Below are positions 1 through 11,132 of a stretch of DNA of 64,000 nucleotides, piece by piece. The DNA lies in assembly GCA_023920165.1 (NCBI GenBank), contig CP089274.1:1550001-1614000 (forward strand), written 5' to 3'. The number at the start of each line of letters is the position of its first letter. The stretch's first letter is position 1. Made by a program: the position numbers and the translations under genes. Under the pieces are notes generated by a model. That model was not told where the DNA came from. It was given only the letters and a program-made list of their open reading frames with translations, and did no database searches. This stretch comes from Curvularia clavata (taxonomy: Eukaryota).

Positions 1-1795
1 TGCGGGAGGGTAGGTGCCTGGGAACCTTTCCTGCATATGTCGCTGACAATTGCAGGCACCGATCAATCACAGGGCCGCGGACAGGTCATCTCAAACATCA
101 ATGCTTGTCTGGCTGTGCAGACAACGATCAAGGGGACTCTGGGTCCCTATGGTGGTGATCTGCTCATGGTCGATGAGAATGGCAAGCAAACAATCACCAA
201 CGATGGTGCCACAGTCATGAAGGTAGAGAAGTACTCGGAGCCCGATATAGGAGCATGACCTAACCGTGTACAGCTCCTCGACATTGTTCACCCTGCTGCC
301 CGCGTTCTCACCGACATCGCACGATCACAAGACGCCGAAGTTGGCGACGGTACCACCTCCGTTGTTGTGCTGGCAGGAGAAATTCTGAAGGAGATCAAAG
401 ACTTTGTGGAGCAGGGAGTCAGCAGCCAGGTCATCATGAAGGGTCTGCGGAGAGCATCACATCTCGCGGTCAACAAGATCATGGAAATCGCAGTGGACAC
501 AGCAGAGGGCAACCAACGCGATACTCTCCAGAAACTTGCTGCTACCGCCATGAGCAGCAAGCTGATCCACAGGAACGCTGACTTCTTCACAAAGATGGTG
601 GTAGACGCAGTCCTCTCGCTTGACCAGGAGGAGCTCAACGAGAAGCTCATCGGAATCAAAAAGATTACTGGCGGTGCTCTCCAGGACTCGCTCTTCGTCA
701 ACGGTGTCGCTTTCAAGAAGACCTTCTCGTACGCCGGTTTCGAGCAGCAACCGAAGAAGTTTACACAGCCCAAGATTGTGTGCCTGAACGTCGAACTTGA
801 ACTGAAGAGCGAAAAGGACAACGCCGAGGTACGGGTGGAGCAGGTCTCAGAATACCAGGCAATTGTCGATGCGGAATGGCAAATCATCTACAACAAGATG
901 GAGGCACTATACAAGACGGGGGCAAAGGTGGTTCTCAGCAAACTCCCTATTGGCGACTTGGCTACACAGTACTTTGCGGATCGCGACATCTTCTGTGCTG
1001 GACGAGTATCGGCCGACGACCTGGATCGTGTTTGCCGGGCAACAGGCGCTAGCATCCAATCCACGTGCTCTGATATCCAAAGCAAGCACCTAGGAAGCTG
1101 CGAATTGTTCGAAGAGCGACAGATTGGTGGCGAGCGCTTCAATTTCTTCGAAGGCTGCCCCGAGGCAAAGACTTGCACACTGGTGCTCCGTGGTGGCGCT
1201 GAGCAGTTTATCGCCGAGGTGGAGAGAAGTTTACATGACGCCATCATGATTGTCAAGCGTGCGATCAAGAACAGGAACATTGTTGCTGGAGGTGGTGCGG
1301 TCGAGATGGAGATTTCATCATACCTGCACAACTATGCCGACAGCAATATTCCTCACAAGCAGCAGCCCATCATCAAGGCATTTGCAAAGGCTTTGGAGGT
1401 CATTCCTCGACAACTGTGCGACAATGCAGGTGTGGACGCGACGGATATCCTGAACCGACTACGTGTTGAGCACAAGAAGGGCAACATCTGGGCTGGTGTC
1501 GACTTCAGCACGGAGAGCATAGCGAACAACATGGAGAGGTTCGTGTGGGAGCCTAGTCTGGTCAAGATCAATGCTCTGCAGGCGGCGACTGAGGCTGCGT
1601 GCCTGATTCTGAGCGTTGATGAGACAATCAGTAAGACATCTGACTTGACAAGGACCAAAAGCAAACACTGACAATGATGCAGAGAACCAGGAGTCACAGC
1701 AGCCACAAGCACCCAACAAGCCACTGCCCCCAGGTGCGGCACAAAGAGCGCTAGGTGGTGGCCGAGGACGCGGCCGTGGTATGCCGAGGAGATAA
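1..1795 (+). CDS. CCT7: T-complex protein 1 subunit eta (chaperonin CCT7), 5' end outside window; exons <1-9, 56-222, 274-1630, 1683-1795
   Basis: TCP-1 motifs [16 protein letters not shown] and [11 protein letters not shown]; eta-specific [16 protein letters not shown]-terminal [17 protein letters not shown] introns with ctgac/ctaac branch points restore the frame. Confidence 0.96.
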
Positions 1796-2114
1796 GCGAT
1801 TGATAGGCAGGGAGGCAATGTATATCATGATAGAGGAATGCTGAAGCTCCGCCATGTGCAGAACCCAGCTATCTATGAATAATGCCCAAAGAAGACAATA
1901 AAAGAAGAAAAAAAGACGGCTTCTTGATGGAATCTAACCCAGAATTCATGCTGACGAAGTTACCCGCTTGTACTACGCTCTTGTCTATTCTGTTCAATCA
2001 AGATGTCCTAGTAGTTTCGACAACAGCAAACAAGCAACCGAATAACTAAGCGAAAACAACAGGTCTATGCCAAATATACAGTATCTACTATGAGAGGGGG
2101 CACGAACGTGTCGA

Positions 2115-3874
2115 TTAGGCCTGAATACCCTTCTCGTCCCAACTCAAGCCATAACTCTTCACCCTGCTAAAGTAAAAAGCGCGATCGTTCTTGAGGCCAA
2201 ACTCGGCCCAATCGTCGGTGAGGAGATTGTAGCTCCAGTAGCCCTGCCATGTGAGCTTGTTGTTCCTTGCGCCTTTGCCGGCGTTGCCGAAGCTGAGAGC
2301 CATTCTATAAATGTACTTTGGAGTCGCGCCAGGTGTCTCAATGTGCAGGGTACCTTCCTTCTCACCGAGCTCTTGGGCGTCCTCGTTGGCACCAGGTGGC
2401 GAGGGGATTTCTGGCCCGCTGAGACGCCAGCGGCCGAGGACGGCGTCTTTCATTGGGGCTGTGGGAAGGTTGTGGTGGTTTTTGTGCAGATGCTCGACGT
2501 ACAGGTACGGTACCACGTCTGGGGGCTCCGACGTGGTGAGGAGGGAGATACAGGTTCCGTCGCGGAGGAAGCGGAGGTAGCGGAAGTAGGTGACAATGTG
2601 GATGGGCGAGCTCCAAGTTGATGTTGTAGGCTGAGCTTGGCCGGGTCGTGCGTAGTTTACTGTGCTGATGTAGCACCCGTTGAAGCGGATGCGGGGGCGC
2701 TGGCGGAACAAAGTACGGTAGCTTGGGTACGGCGTGGGAACCAAAAGTTGTGTCAGTACTGCAGGAGAGGGGGCCGGATCCGAAGTGAGTTCGTCCGTGT
2801 CTTCCGAGTCTGAGAGATTGAGGTTGGCAGTGCCCAAAACCATGCCTTCGTCTGGGAGCGGCTTTCCGCCAATACCACAAGCATACGTAAAGTGCATACC
2901 GCCGAAGCCGTACTCGTCGCCCATGGCCAGACGTTTCCAGACTCGCTCCTCGGTGACTACTAAGTATGCGAGACGTCTGCATACTTGGGATAAGCGGGCG
3001 AAAGAGGCTAGATCTTGAACGGCGAGGTGCTCGAGGATCTCGGCCATGATTTCCTCGGGAATGCTGGCAATGGGGCAGGGTGGGGCAGGGCTGAGGTCTG
3101 TTGGTGCAGGCTCTCCTAGAATCGTGGTTTTGGAGTATTCGCTGATGAGGGTTTGCAGGGAGGTCGACAGACCACGTAGGGAGTGGTGGGCAGTATTGGG
3201 CACTGTGGCTGAGGCATTGGAGGGACTAGGGTCCTGGGGTTTAGAAGCGGGCGCTGTTACTGGAGCCGGTGGTGCAGATGCAGATGCTGAAGCCGCAGCT
3301 TGCTGTGCTTTGAGTTTCTTAAAGTAAGAGGGTGGGAAATGCTTTGCTTTGTATGCTTCTTGCACGGCAGAGTCCAGCTACCATGGGTCAGACAAGAACA
3401 GACTGGTATAGTGACAGGTTTGCAACGCACCTTAAAGGCCTTTCGATACAGGGCTAGGCTGTCACCCAGACTACCTTGACTCTCCTTTTCTACGGCCTTC
3501 TCATAATGCTCCAGGGCAGACATAGGTTCTTTGCTTTGGGCGAGAGCGGCGGCGGTCTGGGCGCTGGTTTCGTCCAGCCTTCGGCCGTGTTGCCTCTCGT
3601 CAAGATCATGGTAGATGTAGGAATTGACCTCGTCTCCGCCCTCGAGACTCAGTCTGCGGGCCTGACTATGAGAGAGAGCATGTGATGGACGGGCGTGTGG
3701 CGGATGGGCCTTTGTTGGATGGGACCTGCTTGAGGACGCAGCCGGGGCCTTGGCCTTTGAGCGGGCCGTGACCTCCTCCCTCCATTTCTGGCGGAACGAC
3801 TCGAGCTCGGCCTCGGTGTTTGTGTTTGTGCCTGGGGTTGTGTTTGTGTTTGAGGGTTCGTTTCCGGGGTCCAT
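2115..3874 (-). CDS. HRT3: F-box protein, Hrt3/Pof7/FBXO9 family; exons 3874-3431, 3377-2115
   Basis: N-terminal ELESFRQKWREEV and A..HYEKAVEKESQGSLGDSLALYRKAFKLD; F-box IASIPEEIMAEIL; conserved RPRIRFNGCYIS..NY and VTYFRYLRF. 53-nt intron at 3378-3430. Confidence 0.9.
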
Positions 3875-4180
3875 GGTGTACTGGGCCAAGAGTGGTGGTT
3901 GTTAGCTAACGGCTAGATGCGGTCTATCCGAAGTCGCACGTGGTCACGGGACTGCAAACGGTGGGTACGGGGATGCGAGGCACGGGCAATTACGGAGCGT
4001 GCGAAGGGTACAGATGTATAATACAAAGGTCTAGTATAGGAGCTGGCAAGCGAGGCGACCGAGAGCGCGTACTTTTAAGCAGGCCAGAAAGTCGCGGAAA
4101 TAGGGCGGACGTGGTGTCTGCAAGGGCGCTGTATGTATGAGAGAAGGGCGCGTGGAAGCGTCGACAGAACGATGACGGCC

Positions 4181-4196
4181 GCCATCTGATAAGCCC
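4181..4196. promoter_or_regulatory. GATA element (ATCTGATAA core, SreA/Sre1-type) in the HRT3/MTM1 divergent promoter
   Basis: GCCATCTGATAAGCCC; second GATA ATCCGATAA near 4290; CCAAT box at 4228. Confidence 0.45.
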
Positions 4197-4514
4197 CACG
4201 CGCCGGCGCGCCCTTTGCCCCCCCGGACCAATCGGCGCACGGGGGCCTCGCCCGCACGTGGCCGGCCGATGACGCCCCCAGGCCTGTAGATCCGATAATT
4301 CAACTTTCTTGCGTCAAAGCGTCTCGTTGCCCTCGTCACCACTTGGCCGCCGCCATCACCACACCAGACAGACTATGCCCGCCGAACCTCTCGCCAGCAT
4401 TCGCCGCCGCCAACCGTCTGTCTGTGTGGCCTTTGGCTAACCGATTGGGACCAGCAGGTACATACCCTCCCTCGCATATACACACACGCCCGCTGCCCAC
4501 TGCCCACCCCGACC

Positions 4515-5864
4515 ATGGCCACGGCCACCGCGCGAGCCCAAGAGGCCGACGCCAGCGATGCGACCGACGTCTCACTGAGCCAGAAGATGCTGTCTGCGGT
4601 ATCCGGCAGTGTCATCACGTCGCTGTTAGGTGCGTCCTCTGTGCCCGCCTGCATAATCAAGTGCTCGCATGCCACAACTCTCTTCTGACTCCCAGCAGTA
4701 ACACCCCTCGATGTCGTTCGCGTGCGATTACAGTCTCAAGAGGCCACCCCGAGCTCCTCGTCGCCACGTCCCACCGGAGCCAATGGCCCCTCCCTCACAC
4801 AGTTTCGCGACCTGCCACCCAACCTGGGCATATCCTCGTGCTGTCGAGAAGTCTTTTGGATGAACAACAAGGCGCCTTTCTGCGTAGTCGGACCCACCAT
4901 GGCACCCATCAATCCTGCAGATATCAATTGCGCCATAGCAGAGGTCGAGCAGAGAACCTTCAATAGCACGTGGGACGGATTGCGCAAGATTGCACGCCAC
5001 GAAGGCTCACGGTCACTTTGGCGGGGGCTATCTCCCACTCTTGTCATGGCCGTCCCAGCCAACGTCATCTACTTTGCCGGATACGATTGGCTACGCACAG
5101 CTCCTGCATCGCCCTTTCGCCAAAATGTCCCCGACCCCTACATCCCACTCGTAGCCGGAGCGACTGCCCGCGTCCTCGCTGCCATCGCCGTCAGCCCAAT
5201 CGAGATGTTCCGCACAAGAATGCAGGCCGCAAACCACCCGGCATCCGCTGCAGGACACTTCCGCGAAACTCTAGACGGACTTAGGACCATGGTCGCAGAC
5301 AAAGGTGTCTTCAGTCTTTGGAGAGGACTCACATTGACCCTCTGGCGTGATGTGCCCTTTTCCGCCATCTACTGGTGGGGCTACGAAGCCATAAGGAACG
5401 CCCTGACTGATCAGAGAGGAAGGCGAGTGGCAAGAGAGGAAGGCCTCGAATTTCGCATGGGCCAAGGCAAAGAAAGAGTACAAAGAAGAAGCCGATCAAG
5501 AAGCCAGGAAAACCACCGCGACACACTGCTCGATAGTTTCGTTGCAGGTGCTACGTCGGGTGCAATTGCGGCTTTTGTCACCACACCTTTCGACGTCGGC
5601 AAGACACGCCAGCAAGTTTTTCGTCATATGGGAGATACTGCCCGTGGCGCCGCCACATCAACACGCCCAGAAAACAAGACCATACCACGTTTCTTGATGC
5701 ACATCTACAGCGAACAGGGCATGCCTGGTCTTTTCAAGGGCTGGGCTGCGCGCTGCCTGAAGATCGCCCCGGCTTGTGCTATCATGATCAGCTGCTACGA
5801 GTTCAGCAAGAAGATTGCTCAAGACATGAATGAGCGACGAGAATTGGAACGACAGCAAGATTGA
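4515..5864 (+). CDS. MTM1: Mitochondrial carrier, Mtm1/SLC25A39-40 family; exons 4515-4629, 4699-5864
   Basis: Three carrier signatures (TPLDVVRVRLQ, SPIEMFRTRMQ, TPFDVGKTRQQ), Cys-containing loop-1 insert SSCCREVFW, LWRGLSPTLVMAVPANVIYF and LWRDVPFSAIYW. Confidence 0.92.
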
Positions 5865-6108
5865 GCGTCACAGCGTCTTTTTATTATACGCAACGGACAG
5901 CTCATGTAATTACTTTCACGGATTGTACATGATACTTTTTTACGAGGCATATTCGGAGCATAGCGGAGAAACCCACTCTCATGTTTGCATAATCGGCGTT
6001 TTCTGCAAGGGTAGGCGACTTTGATTCTGTAAGGACTAGTAAAAGTTCAAGGCCTGTTTTTCTCTAGATGTATTATAAGTGGCCTATGTCAGCAACTACA
6101 GATTGCGT

Positions 6109-6996
6109 TTAACTTGACTCTACAGCGTCTGCTTTGTGCCTCAACCTTTCCAAGAAATCCAGAAATGCTTTCTGACACTTCTCGGCGTCGGTGACATAAA
6201 TTTCGTGTCCAGGTCCATCAATCAGCACCAATTCACTTGTCTGAATAGTTTTCATAAGTGCCTTCATATCCTCAGCCTTGACAGCCACACTCTGCGTCGG
6301 GCTCAGTATCAGCATCGGCACCTTAATCTTCGCAAGCCACGGCCTCGCATCCAGTGTTGACAAAAACTCTGCATACTGCCCCAGCCCCTCGCCATCACTA
6401 ACAGACATCTGCTCTAGATACCAAGTCAAAAATCCAGCATCCGAGATGGGAACCGTACCCGGCACGCGCGCCAGTGCTTCTGTCCATCCGCGCGAACCCA
6501 GCTGCCGACAAGCTGCAGGCCAGTCCTCGTGTTCGAAAGCAAACATACGTAGTGCCGTCGGTGGCAAATACGTCGGCGACGAACATATCGTCAAGCTCAG
6601 CAGCCGCTCGGGATACTGCGCTGCCAGTATCTCACCTAGCATACCAGACGTAGATTCTCCCAGGAAATGAACTTTTTCAAGTCCCAGTTGATCCAACGTA
6701 TCTATGATCTCTCCCACAATAGTATCCACGTCATACCTGTAGTCATCCTTTTCTTGAGGCGAAGGATAGCTCGAGTACCCGTGGCCCCGGAGATCGCGCC
6801 GTATGACACGGTATTTTCGCGATAGCGCGGGTATCCAGTGGTACCAGATTGCGGCGTGACGGCCAAACCCATGCTGAATCAGAATTGTTTCACTGGGCTT
6901 CCAGGGGTCCGTGTAGTCGTCGAGAATGTAATGAGTGCGTTGGCCGTTGGGGTGCACAATGTAGGTCCGGCCTGAGGAGTCGCGTTCAAGTGGCAT
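6109..6996 (-). CDS. Alpha/beta-fold hydrolase (enol-lactonase/epoxide-hydrolase-like), intronless, 295 aa
   Basis: Oxyanion motif QHGFG, RDLRGHG, nucleophile elbow HFLGESTSG, and a C-terminal His in GPGHEI. Confidence 0.9.
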   Translation of the reverse strand: MPLERDSSGRTYIVHPNGQRTHYILDDYTDPWKPSETILIQHGFGRHAAIWYHWIPALSRKYRVIRRDLRGHGYSSYPSPQEKDDYRYDVDTIVGEIIDTLDQLGLEKVHFLGESTSGMLGEILAAQYPERLLSLTICSSPTYLPPTALRMFAFEHEDWPAACRQLGSRGWTEALARVPGTVPISDAGFLTWYLEQMSVSDGEGLGQYAEFLSTLDARPWLAKIKVPMLILSPTQSVAVKAEDMKALMKTIQTSELVLIDGPGHEIYVTDAEKCQKAFLDFLERLRHKADAVESS

Positions 6997-7369
6997 TTTG
7001 GTTGTTGTTATGTTATTGGTTGGTATTCTTTGAACACAACTTGGAAAACATATAATGTTGGATTACCGCTAGCGCGACTGACATGGTTGCCGTACAAGTG
7101 TGGGCGGATTACAGGTATCCCTGCGTATGAGCAGTAAGGTTTGTGGGGCAATGCGGGGAAGATGCAGGGGCATTCAGAAGTGGTGTGTAGTAAGTTACCC
7201 CACGGTCGGGTCGTTGCAGCATGGCGACTCAGATATAGAGGGGAAAGCAGAATACAGACTCCGGTGGTGCCGCATTATGAGGAAGCAATATGAATAGAAC
7301 GTGTCTGTACTAGGTTTGATTCTCAAGCATCGAGCACTTTTTGAACAATATTCATCACTCCTTTCCATA

Positions 7370-9149
7370 ATGGCAATTATAGATATTCTTGGCAAGGCTC
7401 GGGAAACACCATTGCATTGGAGAATTGCTTTCGTAACGGCGATACCGGTTTTCATCTTGCTGATAATCTATTTCATCATCGTTCCAAATGCCATCAAGGT
7501 ATGTCGAAACACACTCGTACATGATCCACTACGAGACTCATACACTCGAACAATAGGACCCACGACGCCGTCACCTTCCCCCAGGGCCCAAAGGCCTTCC
7601 TTTCATTGGATCGTTCCTTGAGTTCACCGACAGCGAATCCATACGTAGCAAAGTCATTGCATGGCGCCAGCAATATGGCGATGTCTTTTACACGAAAATC
7701 GGAGGTACAGATTACGTCTGGCTTTCCTCGCCCAAAGCAGTCAAAGACCTGATGGACAAAAAGTCGGGCATCTATTCCTCTCGAGCCCTTTCCCCTCTAG
7801 CCCAAGACGTCGCATCCGCAGGCCGCCGCCAACTCTTCATGCAGTACGGTCCACGCTGGCGCAGTATCCGCAAGCACAGCCACGCGCTGTTGAACCTGAC
7901 CACCAGCACAAACTATCAGGTAGTCCAAGACTTTGAAAGCAAGATCCTGCTCAAAGAGCTCCTACAGGATCCCGACAACTTCATGGACATCAACCGCCGC
8001 TACTCAGCCAGCGTCATCATGCTCGTGACCTACGGCTACCGGATTCCCAGCTGGGATGATCCGCTCATCAAACGCATCTACGGCGTTCTGGGCCGCTTCA
8101 CAGAAATGACTGCCCTCGGCGCCTGGGCTATCGAGTCATTTCCTTCACTGACCTGGGTCCCGCAGGTGCTGCTGGGAAATTGGAGGTCGTACGGTCAGCG
8201 CGTCTTCGAAGAAGACAGCGCTGTTTATCTTGATCTCTGGAACCGGCTGAAAAGAGAGACAGATGCCGGCGTGGCAAAGAACTGCTTCACAAAGACGTTC
8301 TACCTCAATGATCCGGCCAAAGCGGGTATCGATGATCTGTCTGCTGCGTATACCTGTGGCGGACTGATCGAAGCTGGCTCCGAAACTACAGGTACCACAC
8401 TAAATAACTTCACTCTGGCCATGGTTCTGTTTCCTGAAGCTCAGAAGAGGGCACAGGAAGAGCTGGATCGGGTAGTAGGACCGGACCGCCTGCCGAGGTG
8501 GGAAGATGAGAAGAATCTGCCGTATGTGAGGAGTGTTATTAAGGAGGTACTGAGGTGGAGGCCGGTCAACAAGTTCGGGATGGCGCATGCGACGAGTGAG
8601 GATGATTGGTATGAAGGGAAATTTATTCCAAAAGGAAGTGTTGTCATTCTGAGTTGGTGGTGAGTACCCCTTTCGTAACTTGACTTTCCTTTCCACCTCT
8701 CTCTTCATTCGTTTTTATAGCTCCTTGGTACTGATTCAGTCGCTCCCACCAGGGCAATTCATAATGACCCGGATCACTGGGCCAATCCGAGCGCTTTTGA
8801 CCCCTCACGCTACCTCAACCACACCGAATCAGCAGCACACTATATGAACACCTCCAATGCCTGGGAACGCGACCACTTTTCTTATGGCGCAGGTAGGCGC
8901 GCTTGTCCTGGTGTCCACGTTGCTGAGCGCTCTCTCTTCATCAACGTGTCCCGCGTTCTCTGGGGCTTCAGCCTTGGCAAGAAGAAAGGCAAAGACGGCA
9001 GAGAAATTCCCGTGACTGATCAAATGGAGCCGGGCTTCTTCAGCGTGCCAAAACCATTCGAATGCGATATACGTCCGAGAAGTGAAAAGCATGCTCGCGT
9101 CATGCGGGAAGTAAGCAGGAAGGCAGAGGAAGAAGGACTGGATTTTTGA
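7370..9149 (+). CDS. Cytochrome P450 monooxygenase; exons 7370-7498, 7557-8659, 8753-9149
   Basis: N-terminal TM anchor, PPGPKGLPFIG hinge, I-helix AGSETT, K-helix EVLR, FDPSRY, and heme motif FSYGAGRRACPG. Two GT-AG introns join the frames. Confidence 0.95.
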
Positions 9150-9238
9150 TTGATTTTGAAAAGTAAACAAGGGATCTCTTTCAGATATTCGCTTTATGGA
9201 TTTCTCGCATTTGAAATGATGGTATGACCAAATCGACA

Positions 9239-10158
9239 TCATAACTTACCCCGTGGGTCGTTATACGCCAGATCCCATATTTGATCGCTGTAAGTCCCAA
9301 TCCATCGCTGACTCTCGTTCACATACTCCACCGGCTGTCTAAAGTAGATGTTGTCCAAAGATAACTCCACCACCTGACCCGTTAACTTAGGATCCGCCAA
9401 AAAGGCATCAATTGCCTTGATTACAGTTGACATTGGGGTCAGGTGTTCCTTAGGCCAGCTCTCTAATAGCACTGCAGGTGCAAGGTTCGTCGGGATGAAA
9501 GCCGGGCAGATGGCATTGACAGTGATGTTTTCCTTGACGAAGTTGGGTCCAGCAGCGCGGACTAGCCCTACGATACCATATTTACTAGCCGTGTATTGTG
9601 GAGTTTGTTTCATGCAACTGTTTTTGTGCCTATGATCAGCTCAAGCTCACACACTTCTCTCATAACAAAAGGCAACAATACTCACTACAATCCTGCCGCA
9701 CTACTCGTGGCAACAAAATATCCTCTTCCACCACCAGCCGCTTTACTCCTCCGCACGTAATACTTGAACAGCCACAACCCTTGAATCACAGCATCCAGGT
9801 TGATATCCATAGCCTTTGTGTTCAACCTCTTCACCAGCCCTTCTTCGTCCACCTCTTCTTTCTCCATGTCCTCGAAGATTGATTGAATGTCAGCTATGCC
9901 TGCATTGGCATGGCAGAAGTCCAGGCGGTTCCCACCCCATTCATACGCGCGCTTGAAAAGGTGGGCTTGCGAGATATAGGATGAGACGTCCGTCTGATGG
10001 AACAGGGCGTCTGGGCCAAGGGCTGCGGCGACTCGCTGGCCAGATGCAGCATTCAAATCAGCAATGACGACTTTGTAACCCAGTTTGTGCATATGCGTTG
10101 CGGTAGCTTCGCCGATGCCTGAGCCGGCGCCTGTTACTATGGCTACGGGTTTAGACAT
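9239..10158 (-). CDS. Short-chain dehydrogenase/reductase (15-hydroxyprostaglandin dehydrogenase-like); exons 10158-9686, 9617-9239
   Basis: Rossmann motif TGAGSGIG, ANAG, catalytic SS, YTASK (YxxxK) and VNAICP. 68-nt intron. Confidence 0.93.
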
Positions 10159-11132
10159 TGCTAATTTTGAAGTTGTATTCGATCCGTCTGGTATGTAGTC
10201 GCTCGCCGATCAGTAGTGGTGATTCAGTCAATCCTAGAATGTAGGTAGCGTGTTTGACCGGCGTGAAATTTCTTTTGTCCAGAATGTCTGGGATCGCACT
10301 TGTAGCTCAAGAAGCGTTGTGCAAAGATCCACAATGAAGCCCGGCACCGATTCGTCTTATGTAAAATACCCTTATTTCAGCTCTTGAACTTCCTGTTTCA
10401 TACGCTGTATCTTTCTAGCTCAATTCATCTCAACAATGCAGAAGTGGAATAAAGAAATGACAAGCATGTTGATAGGAGGGGTCAAGAAGAGAAAGCAATG
10501 CTGTCGTCATCATAAGAACCACTTGTGACCCCACATCGTGGCAGAACTACTGAGTTGCCCGGTAATTCGAAGTGACAGAACCAGTTGTGTTTGCTGAGGT
10601 GCGGAAATGGTCAAGGGATGACCCCACATGCGAACAATTGAGACTATGCGGGGAAACTCAACTACCCCTCATTAGACAACGTGATAGGCGCGGGGTGAAG
10701 AGAGTCAAGTGCAACTGTGTGGGACCTTCAGCACCTAACGTAGAGTCTTTAAATGAGAGCAAATCCGTGGGTATTCGTAATAGCGGGTGTTACGGGACAG
10801 GTTACTGCCGAAGCAGTGATGCTACTTTGAGAATATGCAATAGGGCGCATCCAATCATTTTAATCCTTTGGATAGGCGACAAGAATTGAATGTTTTTTCG
10901 TGATGCGAGCAGTGTTGTAATGAAAGTTCTGTACTGTTGTAGAAGTTTCAAAGCTTACGTACCTATGCTTACTACCATGTTGCTCACCGGATTTAGGTAA
11001 AGCGTCTTTCCACAGCTCCATGTATTTGAAACATTCAGTGCCTGTCGCGAGAGAACCAAACTATGCAGGTGCTACTTTTATTCTTGCTGTTGCTTCAACT
11101 CCAAGCATGCCGCCAGCCATGGACACTAAAAC

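Noticed and set aside
288..887. Long antisense ORFs over CCT7, and similar ones over GTPBP, DHR2, APC1 and the iminopeptidase
   Set aside because: Shadow ORFs expected from the codon bias of the real genes.
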